64,000 nucleotides of DNA from Tubiluchus corallicola (GCA_030141605.1 JAQGDQ010000430.1:1-64000); one strand, 5' to 3'; shown: positions 1 to 14,966, counted from the stretch's first letter. The notes: generated by a model not told the origin, from the sequence alone. Numbers and translations: made by a program.

Positions 1-105
1 CACTAGGCAAAAATTAGTTCCTGATGGCTTGCACCAATAAAATTAGATTAGGTTATATTAAGATAAGACTAGTTATAGGCTATTTTGGTTATTATAAATT
101 GGTAC

Positions 106-130
106 TAGACTAGTATTAGTATTAGTATCA

Positions 131-183
<53 letters not shown>

Positions 184-232
184 AGTGTCAGTGTCAGTGT
201 CAGTGTCAGTGTCAGTGTAGGTGTCGGTGTCA

Positions 233-285
<53 letters not shown>

Positions 286-496
286 AGTGTCGGTGTCAGT
301 GTTAGTGTTAGGGTTAGTGTTAATGTTAGTGTTAGTGTCAGTGTCTGTGTTAATGTTAGTGTCAGTGTCAGTGTTGATGTTAATGTCAGTGCCCGTGCCA
401 GTGCCAGTGCCAGTGCCAGTGTCAGTGTCAGTGTCAGTGTCAGTGTCAGTGTCAGTGTTAGTGTTGTTGTTAGTGTTAGAGTTAGTGTTAGTATTA
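106..496. repeat. Compound hexamer microsatellite (GTGTCG/GTGTCA/GTGTTA)n
   Basis: Directly visible tandem 6-mers; explains ORFs 105..611 and 221..541. Confidence 0.95.
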
Positions 497-2212
497 GACT
501 ATCGACGTCTGCCCGTATGTCAAAATACATGCTATCATTAAACTTTAGGCTAGTAATACGGTCTTCAAATACAAAATTTGGAAAGTATGACGTATGTCGT
601 CTTCTGAACATAGAAATAAGTCACATCCATAGTCAAATGACTCACAACCGTTACTGAAAGTTCCAACATGCACCGCACATTAATGAAACAAATGATATTT
701 TACTTACGTCTATTGACGATAATAAGTAGGAATGCCAAAGCACCAAAAAATGTCAATGCCAAACGCGAGTAGTTGCTGAAGAAAAGCTTCCTTTTTCCCA
801 CTTCTTTTACCGTGCTCTTCACTGACATATGCATATGCAAAGGATATCTTTCTCGCATGATTAAAAGTAGTACACTTATCTTTATCCAGACCTTGTGACA
901 GTTTTATAGGTTTAACAGTTTTGACAACTCACCATTCGGATATTTTTACTAGGAAGGTGCGACGCTTTACCATAGGGTTCTTCCAATGGAAAAATCGGCT
1001 CTGATAACCGCTCTTTGAATTGCGTTGGCGTGGTGTTGCCAGTTCATGTATTGTATGCTAATTAGCAGTCACTGAAAATAAACATACGTCTTGTCATGTC
1101 TTGTAGGTGTAACAGCGAAAAAGTTGCTGTGTGAATTTGATCATTTCGTCATGAAATAGTCACTGTAGTTATTCACTTTAGTTAGTTTCTGGTTTGATTC
1201 TTTAATCATAATTCAAAAAGATTGTACGGCAGTCATGTCGCCAGTGGTACAGTTCATTACTGATACAGTTCGCCAGTTGTACACTTAGCTAGTGATACAA
1301 TTCCCCAGTGGTACAGTTCGCCAGTGGAACAGCTCGCCAGTACACACTTCGCCAGTGGTGCAGTTAACTTTCTCTGGTATGTTGTTTCACAGTTTGGCAG
1401 TGGCACAATTTGCCAGTACGTGCTTGAAATTTTTTCCAAAAAAACTTGCCTTCTGTAAATATGCGTTCTTAATGCAGTAACGACATGAGTGACACGAGTT
1501 TTTATAACAAGAATTTTATTTATTTTATTTGACTTTACAAAACAAATATTTGTCTATCTCCATATCTCTATACCAGAGAAGTTGATCACCACTTTAGCTA
1601 ATAGCCAAAGTATAGTCATCTGCAGTATTCACTGCTACAATATATTAAACTGGGCCTATAGAATACAGCTTTAATTAATGTAAACACAAACAACCGCGCA
1701 TGCTCGACGAAATAAAACGTATTTCAACTTTGTATAACAAAAAAATATATGTCCGTTGACGCGAATAAATAATCTGGCCTCTTGACGCTCGTCAAAACGA
1801 CTTTTCACGTGTTTTGTACCCTGAAAGCAAAATAAACTAGATAGTTTCTAATAATTATTTATTTTTGTCTTTGATATACTTTTTGGATGCGCCAACAATA
1901 TTGCCGGTTATTTCAGAGTTTTCTTTCACAGAGAGCGTTATTCTTGGTGCGAGTTCGACGCCCTTTTTTGCCCGAAATAACAGAAATTTCAAAACAGGAC
2001 ACCAAATTGTGGAAAATTGAGCATGTCGTTTTGTCGTACGACGAGTAACGACGGATGATTTTCAATGGTTGGTCAAACTCGTTCGGCTTGTTCCACTCTA
2101 TGTCCGTTTGTTATAGCTTGATAAAGATTTGAACAACGAAGTTATTTTTCTTTTTGCAGCGTGGCATTGTTTCATCATTTTATTTCTGTATTTTCTTATC
2201 TTAAACACTGTG

Positions 2213-2405
2213 ACTTGGTTCGGAGCAGACTGGTTTCCCAGAAAAGCTTTTTCCCAAAAAAAAACTTTTTTCCAGAAAAGTTTTTTGCCAACAATTTTTT
2301 TGCCAGACAAAAATTCACAGAAAACTGTTTGCCAGAAAAATTTACTTCCCAGAAAAAAATTGCTTGGAGAATTGTCATTTCCCAGAAAACTTTTTCCCAA
2401 TTTCA
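2213..2405 (+). repeat. Degenerate short tandem repeat (TTTCCCAGAAAA core), probably a subterminal array of a DNA element
   Basis: About ten CCAGAAAA/CCAAAAAA cores at roughly 20-bp spacing. Confidence 0.55.
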
Positions 2406-2989
2406 TGGAAGATGAAAATCACAGAACATGTAATGAATCCTTTTACATAATGCGCAATAAAAGTGGTTTATTTTAACCAAAGTAAAGTAATGCCAAGCCT
2501 GGCAACTGAATTGTTTGGAGACCATTCTTTAGCAGTCACTTTCACTGTAATCCGAATTATTTCTTGGTGTTTACAGAACATGTACCAGCATCTTCTGCCC
2601 GTGACATCTCTACCAGTTCAGTAGTTCATCTCAGAAGATTATTATCTTGATAACTAAATAGGATCTTGTCCTGGCGTAAAAGAACCTGTAAAAATCTTCT
2701 GAATGAACATAATTTATTAGGCAAATGTCGACCCCAAGATATTAACAAATCTGTGTGCTTCGCAAAGCCTTAGTCTTTGAAAATTTATTATCCTATGAAA
2801 ATCAATTGAATTTGGAGTGATTATATGCAGCAAATGATACAATGCAAATTACTCTGAGAAAGCTATTTCATCCAAAAAAAACTTGAAATTGTAGCACGAA
2901 GTTTCAAAACAAAGAATTTTTCCAATTAATGAAAAAACAAGGTTGACCCGCTGTAGATAACTAAAGGAAAGCAGAAAAAGAAAGCACGA

Positions 2990-2991
2990 GT

Positions 2992-3081
<90 letters not shown>

Positions 3082-3158
3082 AAGAGACAGAGAGAGAAAG
3101 AGAAAGAGAGAGAGAAAGAGAGATAGAGAGAAAGGGAGAAAGAGAGATAGAAAGAGAA

Positions 3159-3212
<54 letters not shown>

Positions 3213-3245
3213 GGTGAGGGAGAGAGAGAAAGAGGGAGAGGGAGA
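2990..3245. repeat. (GA)n microsatellite
   Basis: Directly visible. Confidence 0.95.
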
Positions 3246-3698
3246 CAGTGGATAAATTTTACTGGCGAAATGTGCCACTGATGAACTTAAACATTCTAAA
3301 CATTTTGTTTAAAAAATAAGGTAAAAACATAGCAGAAAATTTTTACTACCGAAATTTAACCTACTACTGGCGAAGTGTACCACTGGCAAACTGTACCACC
3401 TGGCGAACTGTACCACCATTGAACTGTACTACAGGCGAACTGTACCATGGCATACTGAAGAGCATAAAACTGACTGACTAACGTAAAAAGCAAAATTCCT
3501 TCTGCAGCTTTGTTCCATGTAACAATGAAATAATGAAACCAGCTTTGTGACGTAATTGACGTTCGTTTAGTGAATCCTTTTGTTTGTAATTATGTTAGTG
3601 ACTTTTTCAGTTTTAAGCTGTTGTAAACGGCTGAAAGTGTTTATAAGTGTCATTCAATGATGACTGTATTATCACAGTAATGCTTGCTCTTTGTTGCA

Positions 3699-4486
3699 GA
3701 TGACAGAACAATGCGTGTTTGTCTATTTTGCCGCCAAGTGGCTCTGATTGTTGCAGTGGCATCACGAAACACAAATAAGCGAAGCTTTTCGGTAGGAATA
3801 TTGTGTTTATTGGCAACATTTGCAAGTTCTAGAAATTGGAATATTATATCGGCTAAAATTTTTACTCTTTACTCGCATAAAAAGGGTAGTCGCCCTTTAG
3901 TACTTCCCGGTGCCCCATTGCTTTATGAAGAGGAAAATGCTGATTTGCCCGGGTTAGCTGCCAGAGAAATATTGGATGACACATATCAGGAAAGGAAGTT
4001 AATTTTTGGCTTCAGAGACATGCATCTTCCCTGTGACAGCCATTATGTAAATCTTTACAGGAAGAACGAGAAATCAGTTGAAACGAAAGTGTATAAATTG
4101 TGCAACAATTTTAAAAACTATCAAATAGCGCCACGTTCTCATGACGGATTAAATATGTTGTGCTTTTTATTTGAGACGCAAGGAAAGAGGACAAACATTG
4201 CTTTTGAATTGATTTTTTACCACCAATACCTTACAAATCTTAACGACTGCAAGATTTGTAACAGTAAGTCGACCCCCCCCCCCCCCGGTGTCAAACTGTG
4301 TACGGATTTGGTGTATCTGAGGACTACGTTTAATGTTTGTGCATTCTGCATTCCATTCAGTGACACGGGTTTCGATGCGAAGAAAAAAAGAGACGTGTGT
4401 TTCTCAATGCCATGTCGCAATTCGGGTACCTGTCACAGCGACTTCTATGGAGATTGTTGTGACTCGAAATACACGGATATACAAAG
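3699..4486 (+). CDS. Putative exons of a CUB-like/EGF-like extracellular protein (partial or degenerate)
   Basis: Long open frame 3684..4580 with a CUB-like segment (FRDMHLPCDSHYVNLY...KLCNN...CFLFETQG...AFELIF) and an EGF-like start (DVCFSMPCRNSGTC). Plausible splice sites: ttgcag ~3699, aca|gtaagt 4263, ccattcag| 4340. The EGF cysteine pattern is incomplete. Confidence 0.4.
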
Positions 4487-4637
4487 AGTAAAGTCACAAA
4501 GCTCAAAATTTCTCTATTCCCAAAGACTAAGTGGCGCTCATTTGTTTGGATTTATCGTTGGATTCATCTTGTTTTCCTAACTACTATCATTGCGTTCATG
4601 TGGTTTAGTTCTTGTCGGAATAGTATATATCTATTTA

Positions 4638-6045
<1,408 letters not shown>

Positions 6046-6647
6046 GCCTACTAGTAATTTGTCAAATGACCTAATAAGTTCACAAAAAATAGCCATCAAA
6101 ACTAAACACTAAAACTATACACTTGTGCCTGCCAACAGATGACAAAGTTCTAATGAAGTAGTAAATACAACAAGAAACTACACAAAAATGCATTGCTCCT
6201 TGTATATAAATATATAAACAAACTCGACTTGAAGTCTTTGCGAGAAACAAAATAGCGAATCATCTTAAAATATCCGTTTAAAATATCAAAAGAAAACATT
6301 TATATGCGTTCTTGTTCGCTGCAGGATAAGCAAACAAGGTATTTGTTTGTTGAATTATAACTGTGTTAGCTGCAGATTCATTCTGTCTAAATAATACCGT
6401 ATTAGCAAATTCAAATTAAATGTTGGTGTTCTTATGTACATGTAAAGCCATAAAAATATCTGATAGACTATATGTTTAATTCATATTAATTTTTTTATTT
6501 ACAATCTACCACATATTACATAATTTGACGACAAATATTAACTATAAGGACATCCTAACTTCAAATTTCTATGAAACGGAACTGAAGTGGAATTGACAAT
6601 TCTTTGAAATGGAAAATCGGAGGCCCGAAAATACGTGAATATCCATG

Positions 6648-6797
6648 ATTTGATTTGATTTGATTTGATTTAACTCTTTATTTCGAACCAAGTTCATAGA
6701 ATACATAACATACATTAATTACAAGGCATACAATAATTATAACACCTCCTCTCAACACATGTTAATTAATACATAAATAAATAAAATAACAGTACAA

Positions 6798-6837
<40 letters not shown>

Positions 6838-7190
6838 ATCATGCGTCCAGCCTGAATCGTCACACATAATTTCTACCTAACACTTTCCTCCATTGGTCTC
6901 TTATGTCTGAAGTGTAAAATGCGTCACTGTTATTCAATGCCTTTATAAGAAGATTTGAACTTTGCATTACTCTACTGTATAGACTGTATGCAGTTTTCCT
7001 ATGTATTACATCAAAGTATAAAACATCGTGGCCTACTGAAATAGTTCTAGAACTATAATCATATGGGTAGTTGAAAAGTTTGCGTTTTGAAATATTGTGA
7101 GCTACTTTAAGTTTGCTGAGACTGTAGTTATAAAATGTCTCCTCCCAGCTCTGTTCACATTTCAGGATTTGCTCTATTCTACTCTGTTCG
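6648..7190 (-). mobile_element. 5'-truncated LINE 3' end with (AAATC)n tail
   Basis: The minus strand reads ...LSKLKVAHNISKRKLFNYPYDYSSRTISVGHDVLYFDVIHRKTAYSLYSRVMQSSNLLIKALNNSD...DQWRKVL..., which resembles the C-terminus of non-LTR ORF2 proteins. It is followed by AATAAA and a pentamer tail (tgatt)n at 6648-6670. Confidence 0.65.
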
Positions 7191-8835
7191 GTAAGCTATT
7201 TGGAATATTTTTGTAATAAATTGTCATTTTGATTTTATTATTCATTTTGGTTTTGGTTTGGCATTGGCTTAGTTGAGACATGCCGCACGGTGTAGGCCGC
7301 GGTGCCATCCGTTCTGCCTCCATTAAAAGCGGAGAGCAGTCCATGCATAGCAGCCATCTCAGTCACAGTGGCAATGTCATAATTACGCGTAACACATTTG
7401 TTGCTTCAACTAGGAATATGTCTTGCCTTTCAAGCTGTCATCAGAGTCAAACTAGATTAAAAAGAACAAAGTATTGTATTAATAATTAGGCTTATAACCA
7501 AGAGTTGATTGTTAGTTGCGCATAGTTATCTTTTACGCCACCTTAATGCAGATAACTATTGTCCGCTAGACATCGACAACACTCTAAAATACCTCTGAAA
7601 CTTGGAAAATTATTGGCGACCGAACCTGCTCAAATTTCTGAGTTCTAAATGTGACGCAATGTAGACTTAGAGTGGCCTGTGAAAGAAAAGACTACTATTT
7701 CAAGCAACTAGAGAAGCCAAATTGTAAGCGTTAGTTTGCTATTTATCTAAGCCGTTGCAATTTAGTGTGTGGAGTAACAGTAGACCAACATTTCAGTTGT
7801 ACAAAATGTCTAACCAACTTTTACAAATTGATGACTATGAATTTACACACAGAGAAATTGCGTCCTCTAAGGCTTAGGCCCATTTCACACAGAGGACGCA
7901 ATGAAACGGACGAACGAAAACTGTATCAAAAATCAGAAAATTTCAGAAAATCTTTCGGGAAAACCTAAGCAGAAAGAAAAGACACCATTTCACACAGACA
8001 CCGTGCGGTTTTACGCTTTTCACACGCACAAATGTCTACCACATGACAGACAATGAACCACCGTGGTCCTCCAGTTTTGATAGCTCTTGATCGCGTGACA
8101 AATTTCACACGTAGATCCGAAATTGGAAAAATAACAAAGAAAAAAGAAAGGAAGAAATGAACCAAGAATAAGACAAACAAGAAAAGAAATAGGATAAAAA
8201 TTATCCTGTTTGGGTTGACTCTAACACTTTATACTTTAGGGATCTTTTTCTTGATTACTGTTCGATATTGTGCAACGCCATTGTCATTGTCATTGTCATC
8301 ACGGCATCGATATTGTACATTGTCAAAATTTCTACGCACTTATCTATAATTGCAATGGGTACCTTCAGCATGTAAAAAAGTACATCTGCCGCTCTATAAT
8401 ATCAAATCGGAAGAGCTACAATCAATAAAATTTCGTGCAGGGTCAACGAAGCAACCAATACGTCTGTCGTCAAAAGAGCGAAGATCGAGATCACGAGGTA
8501 AAAAAATGCAAAAACAAGTTTCAGCCTATAGCAATTTTGAGCTTGCACATTAATGCTGGTTTGCACATTATATTGAGTGCCCGCTAGTTTCGTACACCAC
8601 TGCATGATTATGTTTAAATGTATACTATATTATCGACTTAATGCAACATTATCGGATTTTATGTAACCTGTCACCAAGACAGCTGTGACATAGAGCTGTA
8701 CGTGCTTAGCTAAGCTAGTTTACGCTTCTACAAGCTGAATCAACTGTGTAATTTCAACTGTAGGCCATGTGCATACTGTGTGGACTATGAACCCTTGGCT
8801 GGCTTGGCTGTTTTATTTAAAGCATTATTTAGAGC

Positions 8836-9936
8836 ATGTGGCAAATAGGTACAAAAATGGACCAAACGAAGTTAAAACTATTGTTACAACTATTAAATAG
8901 CAAAATTGTCTATCTTGGTTTGTGCATAGTTGGTTTATATTGTGTCACTCGAGTTTTAGTGATTAGCTATCAAACAGAAGAACATCATTACACCGTCAAC
9001 CAGCCTTCGGTAAATAATTTCAAAACAAAAGTTAGATTTGAGAGCTGGAATGAACCATTTCATCTACAGTTGGCAGTACTTACATATAACCGACCACAAT
9101 CGTTGCAGAGGCTGCTGGACTCACTTGCCATTGCTGATTATCGTAATGACAGCGTGTCATTGAAAATATGCATAGACAGAGAAGCTGAAAATAATAGTGT
9201 TTCTAACGAAACAGTGTCTGTAGCTGACTCTTTCCTGTGGGAACACGGAGAAAAGATTGTTCACGTTCATTCTAAACATGCAGGTCCTTACATTCAGTGG
9301 TACGACTGTTGGAGGCCGTCAGGAAATCCTGAAGATTTTGGTCTGATTTTGGAAGACGATTTAGAATTGTCGCCATATTTCTACAGATGGCTGAAGCCTG
9401 CTCTGTTGTTTTATCAAGACAACGAAGATGTGGGTGCTGTATCGTTGCAAAAGCCAACTCTTGTGGCAAAGATGAAAGGAAGGCACACGACACAGAAGAA
9501 CCCCCTTTGTCTGGAATGCAAAGATTCCGTGTTTCTTTATCGTTTACCTGGTTCGTGGGGTTATGCCCCCATGCCGAAAGTGTGGATACGATTTCGTGAG
9601 TGGGTGTTCAATGTTATGCAAAATAAAAGTTTTGTTCCGTACATTGAAAGTGAAAAAAATCTCGTTACAAATAAGTGGCTTGAACTTTTCCACGGTAAGT
9701 CAATGCCTACCTCGTACTACATTTACTTTAACCACATGAACGATCTGTACACGCTTTATATAAACCTTCACGTGGGCAGAACTTTGTCTTGCAACAGAAG
9801 AGAACCAGGAATGCATTTTTCCCAGCAAAAAACGATTTACACTTGTGACTTCAAACCTCTCGACTTCTGGAACAATCTTTTTATTTACTTTCCAAAGAAA
9901 CCGGTGAAACTGAACTGGGCAGCACAGATAGAGTGA
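8836..9936 (+). CDS. Single-coding-exon type II membrane glycosyltransferase, GT-A fold (GT2-like)
   Basis: 366-aa intact ORF with an N-terminal TM segment, LAVLTYNRPQSLQRLLDSL nucleotide-binding strand/helix, LILEDDLELSPYFY acidic metal-binding motif, and PGSWG and REPGMHF motifs. Confidence 0.85.
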   Translation: MWQIGTKMDQTKLKLLLQLLNSKIVYLGLCIVGLYCVTRVLVISYQTEEHHYTVNQPSVNNFKTKVRFESWNEPFHLQLAVLTYNRPQSLQRLLDSLAIADYRNDSVSLKICIDREAENNSVSNETVSVADSFLWEHGEKIVHVHSKHAGPYIQWYDCWRPSGNPEDFGLILEDDLELSPYFYRWLKPALLFYQDNEDVGAVSLQKPTLVAKMKGRHTTQKNPLCLECKDSVFLYRLPGSWGYAPMPKVWIRFREWVFNVMQNKSFVPYIESEKNLVTNKWLELFHGKSMPTSYYIYFNHMNDLYTLYINLHVGRTLSCNRREPGMHFSQQKTIYTCDFKPLDFWNNLFIYFPKKPVKLNWAAQIE

Positions 9937-10380
9937 TCCTCATTAATGGTGCATATGCCAAACAAACAAAACAACGTTTTATGTACATTGACTTGCGCTG
10001 ATCTCATTGTATTGTTTATGTCTACCTGCCAAACGCTGCCACATGTTTTAACACTGTGTTGCAAATCCACTTGACAAAAGTAGCTAGTAACTTGCTTATT
10101 TGTGTAAGTAATTATCTTCAAGTTTTGCATTATGTTGTTCAACATTATTTACCAATCCCATTCTTGCTTGCTCTGCCTTCACGCCTTCTTCTACCCTGCT
10201 TTTCCTACCTCCTCATCTATATCAGCCCATATCCAGTCTTACCTATGGATTTTGCTGTGCAACTTTAAAAGACGATTTTTTAAAGATTTTTTGCGTTAAT
10301 TTATTACTTGCCAATTGCGACAACAATTACGGTCACTGTTATATTGCAAACCTGCTTTTATATATATATTATATAAATAT

Positions 10381-10825
10381 AGTATAGTGTAGTGTAGTGT
10401 AGTGTAGTGTAGTGTAGTGTAGTGTAGTGTAGTGTAGTGTAGTGTAGTGCTGTGCTGTGCTGTGCTGTGCTGTGCTGTGCTGTGCTGTGCTGTATTGTAT
10501 TGTATTGTATTGTATTGTATTGTATTGTATTGTATTGTATTGTATTGTATTGTATTGTATTGTATTGCATTGTATTGTATTGCATTGCATTGCATTGCAT
10601 TGCATTGCATTGCATTGCATTGCATTGCATTGCATTGCACTGTACTGTACTGTACTGTACTGTACTGTACTGTACTGTACTGTACTGTACTGTACTGTAA
10701 TGTATTGTATTGTATTGTATTGTATTGCATTGCATTGCATTGCATTGCATTGCATTGCATTGTATTGCATTGCACTGAATTGTACTGCATAGTATTGTGT
10801 TGCATTGCTTTGCATTGTATTGTAT
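10381..10825. repeat. Compound pentamer microsatellite (TAGTG, TGCTG, TATTG, CATTG, TACTG blocks)
   Basis: Directly visible. Confidence 0.97.
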
Positions 10826-11423
10826 TTTACCTAGTTATTGATTTCCGAACTCAAAAACCTTAACTAATAAGCCTATGTTTAGTGTCTTACAAGAGCGTAA
10901 CTAAAGCTGCACTGGGCATGGCGACAGTGAGCATGACAACTATTTAACCATTTATCACATCTGTTTAAAAAGTTATCTCAATGTAAACTACAGTATGATG
11001 AAACTTTAGAATGTCTGATAGATTCATAATTATTAATGACTGTGCTTTTTGCATTGTCAGATCCCTTAATGCGTATTTACTGCAGCGTTCCTGAGTGACA
11101 TCTACGCTAGGAGTACAGTTAGTACCTATCTCGTAATATAGTTATCAATCATTGTCTAAATAAAATCTAAATATAGTCGTGTAGAGTTATTAATACTACA
11201 GTGTATAACGTTGCTGTGATAACTATTTCTACAACTTGTATGAATTAACTGTTATTTGTTGTGTATGCTCGAGCTACAGTATTACTTACAGTATTACTAC
11301 AGTAAGGGGATTTTGTCTCTAGTAAACGTTTCTTTCACTGTTGATTAAAAAAATCTAAACGTATATTAAGTACTTTTGTCGGAAATAGCTTTCCGAAGGA
11401 AACAACTTTTTGTACTAACACTT

Positions 11424-13349
11424 TTGTGTAAAGGTTGGATGTAATTCCTAGCCATTTATTGTATTATTGTGTAAAGATTAGATGTAATTCCTGCCAGTTA
11501 TTGTATTATTGTGTAAAGGTTAGACGTACTTCCTAGCCAATCATTTGTATTATTGTGTAAAGGTTAGATATAAGTCCTAGCCATTTATTGTATTATTGTG
11601 TAAAGGTTAGACGTACTTCCTAGCCATTCATTTGTATTATTGTGTAAAGGTTAGATATAAGTCCTAGCCATTTATTGTATTATTGTGTAAGGGTTAGATG
11701 TAATTCCTAGCCATTTATTGTATTATTGTGTAAACGTTAGATGTAATTCCTAGCCAGTTATTGTATTATTGTGTAATGGTTAGATATAATTCCTAAGTTA
11801 TTGTATTATTGTGTAGAGATTAGATGTAATTCCTAACCATTCATTGTATTATTGTGTGAGGGTTAGATGCAATTCCTAGCCATTTATTGTATTATTGTGT
11901 AAACGTTAGATGTAATTCCCAGCCAGTTATTGTATTATTGTGTAATGGTTAGATATAATTACTAACCAGTCATTGTATTATTGTGTAAAGGTTGGATGTA
12001 ATTCCTAGCCATTTATTGTATTATTGTGTAAAGATTAGATGTAATTCCTGCCAGTTATTGTATTATTGTGTAAAGGTAAGATATAAGTCCTAGCCATTTA
12101 TTGTATTATTGTGTAAAGGTTAGACGTACTTCCTAGCCATTCATTTGTATTATTGTGTAAAGGTTAGATATAAATCCTAGCCATTTATTGTATTATTGTG
12201 TAAGAGTTAGAAGTAATTCCTAGCCATTTATTGTATTATTGTGTAAACGTTAAATGTAATTCCTGCCAGTTATTTTATTATTGTGTAAAGGTAAGACGTA
12301 CTTCCTAGCCATTCATTTGTATTATTGTGTAAAGGTTAGATATAAGTCCTAGCCATTTATTGTATTATTGTGTAAAGGTTAGACGTACTTCCTAGCCATT
12401 CATTTGTATTATTGTGTAAAGGTTAGATATAAATCCTAGCCATTTATTGTATTATTGTGTAAGAGTTAGAAGTAATTCCTAGCCATTTATTGTATTATTG
12501 TGTAAACGTTAAATGTAATTCCTAGCCAGTTATTGTATTATTGTGTAATGGTTAGATATAATTCCTAAGTTATTGTATTATTGTGTAGAGATTAGATGTA
12601 ATTCCTAACCATTCATTGTATTATTGTGTGAGGGTTAGATGCAATTCCTAGCCATTTATTGTATTATTGTGTAAACGTTAGATGTAATTCCCAGCCAGTT
12701 ATTGTATTATTGTGTAATGGTTAGATATAATTACTAACCAGTCATTGTATTATTGTGTAAAGGTTGGATGTAATTCCTAGCCATTTATTGTATTATTGTG
12801 TAAAGATTAGATGTAATTCCTGCCAGTTATTGTATTATTGTGTAAAGGTAAGACGTACTTCCTAGCCATTCATTTGTATTATTGTGTAAAGGTTAGATAT
12901 AAGTCCTAGCCATTTATTGTATTATTGTGTAAAGGTTAGATGTACTTCCTAGCCATTCATTTGTATTATTGTGTAAAGGTTAGATATAAATCCTAGCCAT
13001 TTATTGTATTATTGTGTAAGAGTTAGAAGTAATTCCTAGCCATTTATTGTATTATTGTGTAAACGTTAGATGTAATTCCTAGCCAGTTATTGTATTATTG
13101 TGTAATGGTTAGATATAATTCCTAAGTTATTGTATTATTGTGTAGAGATTAGATGTAATTCCTAACCATTTATTGTATTATTGTGTAAGGGTTAGATGTA
13201 ATTCCTAGCCATTTATTGTATTATTGTGTAAACGTTAGATGTAATTCCCAGCCAGTTATTGTATTATTGTGTAATGGTTAGATATAATTACTAACCAGTT
13301 ATTGTATTATTGTGTAAAGCTAAGATGTAATTCCTAACCATTTATTGTA
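11424..13349. repeat. ~43-bp tandem satellite, about 45 copies, with higher-order structure
   Basis: Monomer CCATTTATTGTATTATTGTGTAAAGGTTAGATGTAATTCCTAG; rare variants recur at 772- and 557-bp spacing. Confidence 0.95.
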
Positions 13350-14966
13350 CAATGTGCAAGTTTCCGCCCATTACTGAGATAATTAATCATTTAATTCTTT
13401 TTATAAATCAAATCCGTTTAATAAGTGGGCAGTCATAAAGGACTTAATTACGTATAAGGTATTAACAAGAAGATATGATATAATAACTGATTTTAATATG
13501 TAGCTTAATTGACTCGAATCAATATGTTTACGAAACTAAGAGCATTTTTATTACGACAGCTCTCATTACGTTTTTGTACATTGCTTCTTCGAAATTTCGC
13601 GTGCATAAAAACTGAACAAGTTTGTGAGACGTTTGAAACTGACGAAATTGCCAAACTTTGCTTTAGCTGATGATGTCACACGAAAAGTGAAAGAATTTTG
13701 CACGTAGCGATGACCGTCGAAGCATATCATCAGCCAACACACAACTAGTTAAGAAATACTAAAGTTTTTAATTCCCACGATTAATTTACTATTTGTTCCT
13801 ATACTATTCCTCACTGCTGTGGCGCGTTGACCCAAAGTAAAAGTTTTTCACTTAAACACACCAGAAAAACTGACAAAGAAGTGTTCGCATGTCACGTCAA
13901 CATGCAAATACTAGTTACTACTTCAATTAAAACTTTCACCTTTTTACCTTTTTACTTCCTGTTTTACCAATCGTATTTCTTAATAATTTTTAATACTGTG
14001 ACTGTCTTCACGTGAGAGGCTTTTATGTTAGCCAATCATCTAATACCATTATAAGTTTTCACCTGTTCACGTATGTATTGTTCTAATTTTTCACAGTTTA
14101 AACCAATTGAAAGTTGTCTTGCTGCATCAGCTGAAAAACAAAAGTTTTTGTGAGTTTTGGAAACTGAGAGTTTGTGGTGAGAGAATCCTACTGAATTTGT
14201 AAGAATCTATCGTAACTAATCATCGGACTACAAGTTGGATCAATGTTTAGTGCAAAAAACTACTCAGTTAACTACAGGTTCATTAACTCTACTAATCAAA
14301 TTGTTAAAATTTAGAGCAAAATGGCAAATTTGCTGTATCATAGGATGAAGACAAATGTTACTTTGATTGGCAAATTTTTAAACTCGTGTGAAACACAGGA
14401 GAAGCCAGGATAGTACAACACAAAATACAATGCCGCCAAAAATTCTCGGCAATCTTTTAGGTCTTAAATATGCCCATATTATTTCGATGTCAAGCTTCAA
14501 TTAATTTGCAGATTAATTCTTCTTTAGCAAAAAGTGCAACACCCCCACCTCGTTTCTGAGTCAGAGACTTTGTATCTACACTGTATCCGTCTATATCTAA
14601 CAAATTGTTGAAAGAATTCCATCTAAACCACGTTTTATACACCTCTTGAGCCAGTCAGGCTCATTCGCATAAATTGTAGCTGAAAATAGTGACCAAAGTT
14701 CATGTTTGCATCTAGCTAACGCGTAGACTCCACTTTGCTGTGATCCTCATTACAGGCAGCAAGTAGAAAATGATTTGCGTACTGCTAGATGGAACAAAAT
14801 CGGTTTTTCTGCATGTGTTGAGTGTCCTCTAGTGCTTCGGCAATATGATCTAGCACAGTGAGAGTGCAGAAAAAGGTGGAATTGCTATTTTTTTCGCGAA
14901 GTTTCAACGTGAAGCGAGAACTGAAATTTACTGAGCACAACAAGGTTCAAAAAGCTAAATACGGCG

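Larger units (their letters stand above)
1230..3457. mobile_element. Foldback-like non-autonomous DNA element with inverted arms made of ~16-bp subrepeats
   Basis: Left arm ~1230-1420 has repeated TCGCCAGTGGTACAGT; right arm ~3260-3457 has the reverse complement (ACTGGCGAA..TGTACCAC). No TSD resolved. Confidence 0.55.

Noticed and set aside
11424-13349. CRISPR-like appearance (constant TTGTATTATTGTGT core with variable intervals)
   Set aside because: The intervals are variants of one sequence rather than unique spacers; the context is eukaryotic with no cas genes.
13660-13695. CTGATGA...GAAA hammerhead-like core, with similar cores on the minus strand near 7425-7445 and 16235-16260
   Set aside because: Stem II does not close with the required base pair, and no convincing stems I/III with a cleavage triplet were found.
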